IMG/VR virus record: IMGVR_UViG_3300017747_005082
Coordinates: 137,618-180,524 of that record
Direction: 5' to 3' (one strand)
DNA: 42,907 bases
DNA from: a virus
Taxonomy: Duplodnaviria > Heunggongvirae > Uroviricota > Caudoviricetes
Shown: positions 17,242 through 26,329 of the stretch, in pieces
How the letters are laid out: each line of letters begins with the position of its first letter
Position numbering within the stretch: the stretch's first letter is position 1
Made by a program: the position numbers and the translations under genes
The notes under the pieces: model-generated
Seen by the model: the letters and a program-made list of their open reading frames with translations, nothing else
Database searches by the model: none
What the model was told of the DNA's origin: nothing

Positions 17242-18024
17242 TTAATCAAATAAACTATCAAATTCATTTGAAGTAACTACTTCCCTTTTGGTACTTTGAG
17301 GTGTTGATTCATTAGTAAATGCTACATTTTGTTCTGTAGTTGTATTACTATCAGTTTCCTCTGTAGGGTTCAACCAATCTTCTAGAAATTTCTTTATTTC
17401 TTCAAATGTAAATTTAGAAAAATAATCTACAGGATCTAATTGATTTTCTAACCAATTTGAAACTTCTTTCACATCTTTTGATAATGGAGAAGGTTTCATA
17501 TTTGGTCTAATAGCAGATTCCTTATATGTAGGCCCTTGAGTTACATCTAATTTGAAATCTCTACCTTCTACCACATCAGTATAATCACCTACCTCTTCAT
17601 CAGCTGCATAAGCTAAAAGTTCAGTATAAATTTGTTTACCAAATTCATAAAATCTAACACCTTTGTCTTCTTGACCCCTAACAATTACTGGAGCAAAAAC
17701 TCTCATTTTAGGTTCAATTTTTTTAGCTAATTTCCAATCTTCAGGATCTTTTGATTTTCTTAAATTCTTAGCGAATTCAACAATTGGATCTTTTTCTCCG
17801 AAGTTAATTGGAGAGATAATAGTTCTTTTACCAAATTGATAATGAAAATACAATTCAATAAAGGGATTTTCTGGATTTGCCTTTAAAGGCACGAAGCGGA
17901 CTAAATGCTTCCCGATCTCTGGCTTCCAAAAATACTTCAACTTTTCTTCGTTGTTTTTGGTTTTCTTGCCGTACGTTGGATTCTGGATTGATTCCAACTT
18001 CTTTTGGATACTTTGAATGTCCAT
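17242..18024 (-). CDS. single-stranded DNA-binding protein (T4 gp32-like)
   Basis: FWKP...VRFVP...ELYFHY...DPIVE...RFYEFGKQIY...TD-x-x-EGRDF, ending in an acidic tail (EFDSLFD). Confidence 0.85.
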   Translation of the reverse strand: MDIQSIQKKLESIQNPTYGKKTKNNEEKLKYFWKPEIGKHLVRFVPLKANPENPFIELYFHYQFGKRTIISPINFGEKDPIVEFAKNLRKSKDPEDWKLAKKIEPKMRVFAPVIVRGQEDKGVRFYEFGKQIYTELLAYAADEEVGDYTDVVEGRDFKLDVTQGPTYKESAIRPNMKPSPLSKDVKEVSNWLENQLDPVDYFSKFTFEEIKKFLEDWLNPTEETDSNTTTEQNVAFTNESTPQSTKREVVTSNEFDSLFD

Positions 18025-18134
18025 ATTTAAAAATTAATTGGTTACGATATTTTCTGTTTGGAGTATATAATGGATATTTTTGATCCAATATTATAATGGA
18101 ATATAAGAAATTAAATTCTAATATCCAAATTTTC

Positions 18135-18587
18135 TTATAAAGAAATTATTTTGTGAATTTTTGTTGGAAGTTTTTTGAGAATACCATCATTAACTAGTAA
18201 TATGGAATTTTTATAATCTTCCCAATTTATAGGATACATAGCATTTAATTTCCCCCCATTTAATTCCATAATTAGGGAATTAAGAGAATTAATACTATAT
18301 AAAACATTGAATTCTTTTTTTCTATGAAGTAATATTGTATTTGGAAGAACTTTATCTGAAATATTAAAAGTATCTACATTATAAGTACATATAATTTCGT
18401 CCTTTCCTTCTATTTCTAATACAAAAATTTTATTGAATAATACTGAATATCTTTTATTTATTTCTTGGATTGTAGAATCCAAATTCTCGGGTAATGTGAA
18501 TGTTGTAAATAATTTTGAATTGATATTTTGTGACATAATATTGATATTTTCATCAATAAATATATCATTATAATATATAGTTTGCAT
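18135..18587 (-). CDS. hypothetical protein between polA and ssb
   Basis: 150-aa ORF containing LLHRKKEFNVLYSINSLN; function unknown. Confidence 0.8.
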   Translation of the reverse strand: MQTIYYNDIFIDENINIMSQNINSKLFTTFTLPENLDSTIQEINKRYSVLFNKIFVLEIEGKDEIICTYNVDTFNISDKVLPNTILLHRKKEFNVLYSINSLNSLIMELNGGKLNAMYPINWEDYKNSILLVNDGILKKLPTKIHKIISL

Positions 18588-18674
18588 AGTCTTTATTTGA
18601 AATTTTTATTGGGATTTATTTTTTTCTATTTAATTTTTGTTGAGCTAAACAATCTTTAGCATATTCTAAATTTC

Positions 18675-20012
18675 TCATTTTATTTGTTTTAAATTATTGT
18701 AATCTATTCCATAACTAACACTTGATTTAAAACCTCTTGTTTCAAGTATATTTTTAATTTCTTTTATTATATTTTTATCATCTTCAATATTATAATTTAT
18801 TAAAAATGAATCATATGTATATAATATACATTTTGATTTTTTATTATCCAAATAATCTAATAAATCTTTTAAATTTAAAATATTAAAATAAGTTTCAGCA
18901 CTTTGAATAATATAATTGTATATTTTTTGGGGAGTTGGATTAATAATCTCTTCTAATTTAATTTTTCTTCCACCTACTAATTCAATAAAACCTTGATTAT
19001 TAACTTCTTTCCATAATTTTTCAATATATTTTGCTAATTTTTCCCAAAATGGAACGTGTTTATATTGAGGAAATACACCTCCATTCATCATTTTAAAAGA
19101 AAGTTGTTTAGATTTTTTATAATCTTCAGGAGTTAATATTTCTTTATTAAAATACATTTTACCCATTTCGGTATGTATATCATCTCCTTCAAATATATAA
19201 CCTATTAATTTAGCGGATAATAAAATATGATACGATTTCATATCGAATTCAAATAAAAATCCATTTCGAGGAATTAAAAATTCCCTAGTATTATCAGATT
19301 TATTTAATGCTGCAAAATTAACACTATTAAATGCATTTGAAGGTCTTGAAGTAAAATTATATAAATTATATTGTGTATATATTTTATCTTCTTTAATTGA
19401 AAATTGTGGATGTCTTAGAGCAAAATGAGAATCAAAAATAGCGCGATCTATATTAATTCCTTCTTTTTCAATACAATACATTGAATATATATAGTCAACG
19501 TTGTAATACATTGATATATGTTGATTACCTATATAATCTTTAACATAATCATATATTAATTCTTGCTCTTCATAATGTTTTGTGATAGGAATAAATGAAT
19601 TTAGTTTTTGATGAATTTTAAAACTACCTTCGATATAATTAGTAACTATTGATTTATAGTTGGGTAATTCTAAAGAATAGATAGTATTCTCCAAATGTAA
19701 TAAATTTATATCTACTACTTTATTTTCTTTAAATCTATCTCCTAGATAATGGAGAATTTTCTTTTTATCTAAAACGTATATTGAGGGATGTTTTAATAGA
19801 AAAGTTTTAATTAAATCTATATCTAATGAAATTCCATCATTATGATTTATAGGAAAAATATAACCTTTATGTCCTTCTGTTTTGTAATAAATTAAAGATA
19901 TTCCTGTTAATTTAGGATGATAATTATGATTTAAAGGTACTATATTAATAAAACAAGGTTTATTATATGCTAACCTTTCAAGTTGGTTTTTATTCTCAAC
20001 AATCCAATACAT
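18675..20012 (-). CDS. polA: compact, divergent family A DNA polymerase
   Basis: YNLYNFTSRPSN (TGRLSS-like), motif A FEFDMKSYH, motif B KSKQLSFKMMNGG, NYIIQS and motif C LYTYDSF; only 445 aa. Confidence 0.85.
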   Translation of the reverse strand: MYWIVENKNQLERLAYNKPCFINIVPLNHNYHPKLTGISLIYYKTEGHKGYIFPINHNDGISLDIDLIKTFLLKHPSIYVLDKKKILHYLGDRFKENKVVDINLLHLENTIYSLELPNYKSIVTNYIEGSFKIHQKLNSFIPITKHYEEQELIYDYVKDYIGNQHISMYYNVDYIYSMYCIEKEGINIDRAIFDSHFALRHPQFSIKEDKIYTQYNLYNFTSRPSNAFNSVNFAALNKSDNTREFLIPRNGFLFEFDMKSYHILLSAKLIGYIFEGDDIHTEMGKMYFNKEILTPEDYKKSKQLSFKMMNGGVFPQYKHVPFWEKLAKYIEKLWKEVNNQGFIELVGGRKIKLEEIINPTPQKIYNYIIQSAETYFNILNLKDLLDYLDNKKSKCILYTYDSFLINYNIEDDKNIIKEIKNILETRGFKSSVSYGIDYNNLKQIK

Positions 20013-20029
20013 CTCATAACTTTATATTT

Positions 20030-20037
20030 TATAAATA
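20030..20037 (-). promoter_or_regulatory. TATTTATA promoter-like motif
   Basis: 17 nt upstream of the polA ATG. Confidence 0.55.
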
Positions 20038-20069
20038 TACAATTAATTTTTTAATAAATCTAATAAAAA

Positions 20070-20198
20070 TTAATTTATTTTTTGTTCGTAATGATATCTA
20101 TATTCTTTTCTTGTTGATATTCTAAAAGGAAGGCGAGTAAGTGAAGCTATTAATAATCCAAATAAAGTAATGATTATTAAAATTTGATATTTTATCAT
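20070..20198 (-). CDS. small membrane-anchored protein (42 aa)
   Basis: Manual translation MIKYQILIIITLFGLLIASLTRLPFRISTRKEYRYHYEQKIN; ATGA overlap with the upstream stop. Confidence 0.55.
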   Translation of the reverse strand: MIKYQILIIITLFGLLIASLTRLPFRISTRKEYRYHYEQKIN

Positions 20199-20812
20199 GG
20201 TTTATAAAATTGTTGAAAATTAGTTAAATATTGTTTTATACCTTGAAACGTCTTTTCTTTAGTATCTACTATTCTCTTATTAGTATCTATTACTCCCGCT
20301 CTAACTACACTTCCATTAGGTCTTTCATCTTCTAATGGACCTGATATTTGCCAAAAAAGTGATGTAACTTTCCATAAAGGGTAATTATAAACACCTTTTT
20401 GATTTAAAATATCATCATATGTAGGTTGATCTATTTCAATTATTTTAAACATACGAATAACTCTTTGTTTAGCAAAATATCTTGTAATTTTCCCTTGTTG
20501 ATAATCTTGTAAAGAAGGAATTGGATAAAAAGGCTGAGGTTCTAGTAAAGAATTAATATTAATATTATTTTGGTTTAATTTATCAAATATTTGGGTATCT
20601 TTAGTAGTAATAGATATTGTATTTTGTTGGGATCTTACTTCTACTTTTTGTAGTGGATAGTTTGTGTTAGATTGTGGGTTTTTCCCCGTGAAATATTTCC
20701 CATTAAATGTAATATAGTAATCTCCAATATATTCTTTCCCATCAAGAGTTGTTAATTCTCCAGGGTTAGCTTTTTGGTCTGTAATTATTCTTGATTTTGG
20801 GTAATATGGCAT
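20195..20812 (-). CDS. hypothetical phage protein, probably baseplate-associated
   Basis: 205 aa directly downstream of the hub gene; no functional motif recognised. Confidence 0.75.
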   Translation of the reverse strand: MPYYPKSRIITDQKANPGELTTLDGKEYIGDYYITFNGKYFTGKNPQSNTNYPLQKVEVRSQQNTISITTKDTQIFDKLNQNNININSLLEPQPFYPIPSLQDYQQGKITRYFAKQRVIRMFKIIEIDQPTYDDILNQKGVYNYPLWKVTSLFWQISGPLEDERPNGSVVRAGVIDTNKRIVDTKEKTFQGIKQYLTNFQQFYKP

Positions 20813-23800
20813 TTATATTCTATTTATATAACAATTATAATATTCTATTTTCTTTTGTCTTATATCTCCTACATTATATCCTACAGCATTTAATGCTTTT
20901 TCAAAATAATTTCCATCATATTGATTAGCTTTTACTCTATCTTTGAAATAAATAGCAGATATTTTAGCTCCTATTGCTGGATCATTTACTAAATCTGGAT
21001 TATTTACAATATCTATTCCACTTAATGTTGCATATTTTTTGTAGTTTCCATACCCAGTTAATTGAATATAACCTCTTCCATAATATTTCCCACCATCAGA
21101 TACATTTCTATTACCAACTCTTGAAGGCATATATTCACCATAAACAATTTTAAAAAAATCATTTTTACTAATTCCTCTAACAGTAGCCCTCGTATATTGA
21201 GATTCAGTTAAATTAGGAAATACTTGTCTTAATCTACTTATAGAATAAGTATGTTTTTCATCTTTTGGAACTAATCCAGATTCACCAGCAGCTATTGCTA
21301 CTATAGAGGCTATAGCTTGTTTAGAATTTAATCCAATATCATTCATAGCATCTTTTAGTAATTTGATAGGGATATTTGTCTGAATATTATCAAATAAAAC
21401 AGAGGCTCTTCTTGTACAAGTTTGGTTTAATAATTGTTGAATTGGGGTTATTTCAGGGTTAATAATATTTCCAAATAATCCAACACTACTAATAGGTGAA
21501 TATATTTGTGTATCTTCTTGATCAAATCTTATATTAATAGTTTGTCCTGTTATTTTTGTTATCCATTTATTATCATCAAAACTTTGATTTATAGTATGAA
21601 TAATAAATGCTATTTTAGGTTTATTATCTTTTGTTTTGTATGATGAAGGTAATAAATTAGTCGGAATCACAAAAGCAGATTGAGGAATTATTCCTGATAA
21701 TCCATCCATAGATAAACTAAAATCTAATGGAATTATAATAGATGCTTTATTTGTTGAATCTCTTTGTGTTCTATATTGTGCTAATAATTCTTTATAAGTA
21801 TTTAATGATGGATCAATTGATGGTACATTTATAACATATGATCCTACAGCTCCTAGTATATTTTCTATATGTTGCTTTAGGGTTTTAAGGTTTTCTTTTT
21901 GTTGTTTTGTAGATATTGGTTGGTCTGGTAAAGTTGTATTTATACTAGATGTGGATTTTTCAGTAGCTATTCTATCAAGTAATCCTCTAGATAAATTAGA
22001 TATAGCAAAAGAATCTTCACCTAACATACTAGGATTAGCTTGTGCTGCAATAGTAACCATACTAGCCATATTGGGACCTATTTTTGATTTAAAGCTATAA
22101 TTATAAACTATACTTTTATCACCAAAAATAGGAATTTCTGTATATTGATTATCATCATTTAATTCAATTCCTAAAGATGTTTTATTATCATCAATAATTC
22201 TCATACATTTGTTTGAATCATCAATTAATAATCTAAATTCATTAAATCCACATAAAGCTTTCCCTATACCTTCTAATATAGCGTTCATAAAATCAGACAA
22301 ATTTACATTACTAGAACCATCTTCACCTCTTTGTTGTCTTAGTATATCAGTAATAAAATTAATATTAACTAAAATATACATCATTCTGGCTCTTACATCT
22401 TTTTCATCTGAAGCAACATTTAAATAATTATTTATAAATCCTTTCGGTTTAACTTCTGTAATATTTGAAATAGTAGGAGCGTCAGCTCTTCCTAAACCTC
22501 CAATTCCCCCAGAATATGACTTATAATCATATTCTCTTTTAATAACTACATTATTTATAGAATTAAATAATCTGTCTTCTACTAAACCTAACCCAAAAGG
22601 ATCGTCTTCATTACTTTGATTTCTAGGAATTATACATACTCTAGGATCTATAGATACTTGTCCTTTATATGTTGCACAATAATTTAAAGAATCATTAAAA
22701 TCAATATATATATGAGGTTTACCATCTTTACCATTAGTAGTATTATAAATCATTCCTGTAGCAGTTATTAATGCTAATAAATGACCTAATGTTATATATA
22801 CTTGTGGTTCAGAGTTGTCACCAGCCTCAACATCATTAATTTGGTAAGGAACTCCTACTGAATGAAATAAAGCACTATTATTATTAGGAATATTTGTTTC
22901 TTCTGAACCATTATTTTTATTTAGTTCAGATATTAACGAATAATGATTTCCTTTTATAGCAGTAATATCGCCCTCTAATTCACCATTACTATTAAATTTA
23001 ATAAAATTATAAGGGCAAGAAGTAAATATTCTATTTAGTAGGTTTCTATAGCTTTCCGTTTGTGTTCCAACTAAAATAATTCCATCGTTTTTATTAGATG
23101 AATAATTTACAGTTTGTTGATAAATAGAAAATAATGCTTGATTTAGTATTGATAAATCTTTATCTGCTATTTGAGATGATAACTTTTCTCTATCTTCTTC
23201 ACTTCCAGTAAATGTACTTACCTCTCCAGTAAAATTAAGATCTCTAGTTACAGCTTGATTAATTTTTAATGATTCTAAAATATCTCCAGCTCCTACAAGT
23301 TTAATATCACATAAATAAGATCCATCCCCTTGAGCCTCCCAAACAAAATTTGAGATTGTTCCCATCATAGCATCATAATTTCCAGAATGTGATACTCTTT
23401 TCTTTTGAATAGCTTTCATCAAGTCTTCCTTATTAGAAAAACTAAATACATTTAAAGGTACTGGGGTTTTTAGAGAAGAATCGTTATCTAAATATATAGT
23501 ATGTCCCCATTCTAAAACTAGTGAAAATCCTAATTTCATATATAGAGCATCCATTAATTCTAATTGTTCTAAATCATAACAAATAAATTTAATAGTAGCA
23601 TATTGTAATGTACCTAATTTACCTGATGAACTAAGATCAATAGATATTATTCCAGGAACAGGTTTAAACCCTTGGGGTTTATTGGGTAATAAATTATATA
23701 ATCCATCATTTTCAAATCCTGATCTATTTATAATTCCATTTTCAGTTTTTTTTACTGTTCCACCTTGTAAAATATATTTTTTAGCTAATTCATCACCAGA

Positions 23801-24007
23801 TAAATTATATTTTTTAGCTAATGGATGATCTTGGTTTACATTAACACAAGAAGTTAATCTAATCCAAGAGTTTTTATTATTTAAATATATTAAATGTTTG
23901 TTTTCTCTTTGTATATTAGATTCTGCCAAAAATTTCTTTCTAGTTTCTATTTGTTTAGCAACATATGACTGGAATGCACCCCCAGCTATATTTGTAAATT
24001 TTTCCAT
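20813..24007 (-). CDS. baseplate hub-like protein with C-terminal GH19 (lysozyme-fold) domain
   Basis: C-terminal AAGESG...DE...DGGKYYGRGYIQLTGYGNY...IDIVNNPDLV is GH19. Position after the tape measure, tube initiator and LysM genes supports a hub role. Confidence 0.75.
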   Translation of the reverse strand: MEKFTNIAGGAFQSYVAKQIETRKKFLAESNIQRENKHLIYLNNKNSWIRLTSCVNVNQDHPLAKKYNLSGDELAKKYILQGGTVKKTENGIINRSGFENDGLYNLLPNKPQGFKPVPGIISIDLSSSGKLGTLQYATIKFICYDLEQLELMDALYMKLGFSLVLEWGHTIYLDNDSSLKTPVPLNVFSFSNKEDLMKAIQKKRVSHSGNYDAMMGTISNFVWEAQGDGSYLCDIKLVGAGDILESLKINQAVTRDLNFTGEVSTFTGSEEDREKLSSQIADKDLSILNQALFSIYQQTVNYSSNKNDGIILVGTQTESYRNLLNRIFTSCPYNFIKFNSNGELEGDITAIKGNHYSLISELNKNNGSEETNIPNNNSALFHSVGVPYQINDVEAGDNSEPQVYITLGHLLALITATGMIYNTTNGKDGKPHIYIDFNDSLNYCATYKGQVSIDPRVCIIPRNQSNEDDPFGLGLVEDRLFNSINNVVIKREYDYKSYSGGIGGLGRADAPTISNITEVKPKGFINNYLNVASDEKDVRARMMYILVNINFITDILRQQRGEDGSSNVNLSDFMNAILEGIGKALCGFNEFRLLIDDSNKCMRIIDDNKTSLGIELNDDNQYTEIPIFGDKSIVYNYSFKSKIGPNMASMVTIAAQANPSMLGEDSFAISNLSRGLLDRIATEKSTSSINTTLPDQPISTKQQKENLKTLKQHIENILGAVGSYVINVPSIDPSLNTYKELLAQYRTQRDSTNKASIIIPLDFSLSMDGLSGIIPQSAFVIPTNLLPSSYKTKDNKPKIAFIIHTINQSFDDNKWITKITGQTINIRFDQEDTQIYSPISSVGLFGNIINPEITPIQQLLNQTCTRRASVLFDNIQTNIPIKLLKDAMNDIGLNSKQAIASIVAIAAGESGLVPKDEKHTYSISRLRQVFPNLTESQYTRATVRGISKNDFFKIVYGEYMPSRVGNRNVSDGGKYYGRGYIQLTGYGNYKKYATLSGIDIVNNPDLVNDPAIGAKISAIYFKDRVKANQYDGNYFEKALNAVGYNVGDIRQKKIEYYNCYINRI

Positions 24008-24042
24008 AATTATATCCCCTTATTACATACTTTCATAACATT

Positions 24043-24345
24043 TTATAGTTCGTTTTCTTTATTAAAAATATTTATAATATTTGAAGAATCTTTAGGGATT
24101 CTAAGTTGTATTCCTATGGGTGGATAAAAAGAATCACATTCAAGATTATTAACCATAGCAACTGCCCACCAAAGAGTTTCATCACCCCAAAAATCATAGG
24201 CTATTAAATCTAGTCTATCAGTATTTGAGGTAATAATATATGTATCATCTTCTAATTCTCCAATTGAAGGATAATAAGTAGGTTGATATATTAATTTCCC
24301 CTCAGGAGTTTTTTTAGTTGGTATTGTTAAATAACGTGAAGACAT
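24043..24345 (-). CDS. LysM-like baseplate wedge protein (gp53/P2 gpX-like)
   Basis: DRLDLIAYDFWGDETLWWAVAMVNN...GIQLRIP. Confidence 0.8.
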   Translation of the reverse strand: MSSRYLTIPTKKTPEGKLIYQPTYYPSIGELEDDTYIITSNTDRLDLIAYDFWGDETLWWAVAMVNNLECDSFYPPIGIQLRIPKDSSNIINIFNKENEL

Positions 24346-26093
24346 TATGTTCTAGTTTGTAAATTACTAATAAAATTTCTGTTTACTTTATCACTCATTA
24401 TTAATGGAGTTTTATATCCTGTTCTAGCTAAAGTATCTAATATAGGAATAAAACTTACACTTACACTAATTAATTGTGGTAATTCCATCATATCCATATC
24501 AAATCCTTCTTCAGGTTGATCCATTTTTATCTCCCAAGGATAATTATCATCTATATTAAAATTTAAATTAGTAATAATACCTGGCATTCTATATAAGTAT
24601 TCCCCAATAGTTAATCTATGGATATTCCCTCTCATAAATCCATCTCCAGGAGAATAATCAGCACATAAAGTAGATGCTAAATAATTTAATTTTTGATAAA
24701 GAGGTTTCATCTCTTGTTTTGATTGGGGAGACATAGTAAAATTAAAATTAATTCTTCTATCATATACTTGATATGTAAATAAATTCTCTCCCCTACCAGC
24801 ATATCTTTTTCCACTCCAATCAGCATTATGATTATCATTAAAACCTTTTAAGAATGCTCTAAAATGAGTTCTATTAGTATAATTAATATTATTATTATCT
24901 ATAGTTTCAAATAAAAATTTAATTAAATCTCTAGAACCTGGTTCATCTTCAGGATTATCAGAATATTTTTTATGAACTATAGGAATTAAATTTACTTGAT
25001 CCTGACCTTCAGCAAATACACTATTAATATTTGTTCTTAATTCTCTAGGTCTAGCTCCAGGAGATCCTATACCAATTCTAGTTATCATAGGGATTTGAGG
25101 ATCTGAATAATTTCGAGAAAAAACACTACCAGATGGTTCTATTTCTCCTCTAAAATCAGTTAAACTAGTTCCTATAATATACTGTTGTTTTTTTATAATT
25201 TTATCATAAGATAAAGTGCTATAAAATGTTTGGAATGTATTTTTTTCTCTATCATTATTAGTAATTTCATTTCTAATAGTACCCGATACTTCAAATATTC
25301 CTAATTTTTGGTTTAATTCTTCTCCAGAGTAATATTTTTTTAAAAAATTACTGGCTCCTAAAACATTAAATGATAATGGATCTGATATTCTAATATATTC
25401 AGGTTTATCTCTGTTTGTATTTATAGTCTCTCCTTTATAATCTGTAGCTCTAAAGATAGTTGTTTCACCATCACCATATAAAGATCCTGGACCTCCAGAA
25501 TAATTCATTATTTGAAATTCATCAGGTGATATTCCTAGTCTTTCAAGTAATGATAAATTCGCAGGTTGATTTAGTATTTTTGTGGTATGTAAATTAACTA
25601 ATCTATTTTCTTCTTTAGGTTTCTTTCCTACTATAGACATATATTTTTGGTCATCATCTAATAGTGTAAGAGGAGTAGCACCTGCCCTAGGATAATTAAC
25701 TCCTGTTCCAGCAGTTGCGACAGATAGTAATAAATTAGTATTTAAATTATAAGTTCTTGTATTTATTCTTCCACCATTAATACCCGTTTCTATTAATGGA
25801 TTTGATTTTTGTAATGCTACTTGTTTTGAAGTAAAATTAGAACCTTTTGGAAAATCAGTTAAAAACTTACGTATTCTAATAGTATCTTCTGCAGCTGCAC
25901 GTACCGCATATAATCCCCCTCTTTGTGGGTAATCTGCGCTGAATTTAGCTGATTCTAATGCGATTCTTTCTAAAGCAGTAGAATTCTCTGGTAAACCTGT
26001 TTTGATATAAGGTAAACCAGAATCACCACCACCTTGGGTATCATTCCCCCATTTAAGTGATTTTAAATTAGTTTGTAAGTTTATTATTCCCAT
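24345..26093 (-). CDS. baseplate/tail-tube initiator-like protein
   Basis: C-terminal tube-fold-like segment (FRAFLKGFND...GRGENLFTYQVYDR-x-I-x-F-x-F...RLTIGEYL...GII); follows the tape measure. Confidence 0.65.
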   Translation of the reverse strand: MGIINLQTNLKSLKWGNDTQGGGDSGLPYIKTGLPENSTALERIALESAKFSADYPQRGGLYAVRAAAEDTIRIRKFLTDFPKGSNFTSKQVALQKSNPLIETGINGGRINTRTYNLNTNLLLSVATAGTGVNYPRAGATPLTLLDDDQKYMSIVGKKPKEENRLVNLHTTKILNQPANLSLLERLGISPDEFQIMNYSGGPGSLYGDGETTIFRATDYKGETINTNRDKPEYIRISDPLSFNVLGASNFLKKYYSGEELNQKLGIFEVSGTIRNEITNNDREKNTFQTFYSTLSYDKIIKKQQYIIGTSLTDFRGEIEPSGSVFSRNYSDPQIPMITRIGIGSPGARPRELRTNINSVFAEGQDQVNLIPIVHKKYSDNPEDEPGSRDLIKFLFETIDNNNINYTNRTHFRAFLKGFNDNHNADWSGKRYAGRGENLFTYQVYDRRINFNFTMSPQSKQEMKPLYQKLNYLASTLCADYSPGDGFMRGNIHRLTIGEYLYRMPGIITNLNFNIDDNYPWEIKMDQPEEGFDMDMMELPQLISVSVSFIPILDTLARTGYKTPLIMSDKVNRNFISNLQTRT

Positions 26094-26097
26094 CCAA

Positions 26098-26298
26098 TTA
26101 TTGTGGTAGGTTATCCATATATTTTGTTGCTGGTACTGCTGGATCTAGTTGTGAAGGTTGAGGTAGATTAAACATAGATGGTAATCCATTTAATGAATAT
26201 TCATCATGTTGTGTAGATGTCATTAATGATGCTACATTGTCTTGTGTAACCCCTCCAGTTGATAAATTTGAATTTAATTCTTGTCCTAATATTGCCAT
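26098..26298 (-). CDS. small hypothetical protein, probably tail-associated
   Basis: 66 aa; has its own upstream promoter-like motif. Confidence 0.65.
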   Translation of the reverse strand: MAILGQELNSNLSTGGVTQDNVASLMTSTQHDEYSLNGLPSMFNLPQPSQLDPAVPATKYMDNLPQ

Positions 26299-26314
26299 GT
26301 TATTTGTATTTTAT

Positions 26315-26322
26315 TATAAATA
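26315..26322 (-). promoter_or_regulatory. TATTTATA promoter-like motif
   Basis: 16 nt upstream of the ATG at 26298. Confidence 0.6.
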
Positions 26323-26329
26323 TTATTTT

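Noticed and set aside
17855-18088. 77-aa minus-strand ORF overlapping the ssb start in another frame
   Set aside because: Mostly out of frame inside the ssb, with no recognisable motif; the region is better explained as a leader.
18616-18678. 20-aa ORF MRNLEYAKDCLAQQKLNRKK overlapping the polA stop
   Set aside because: Too short to support without conservation data.
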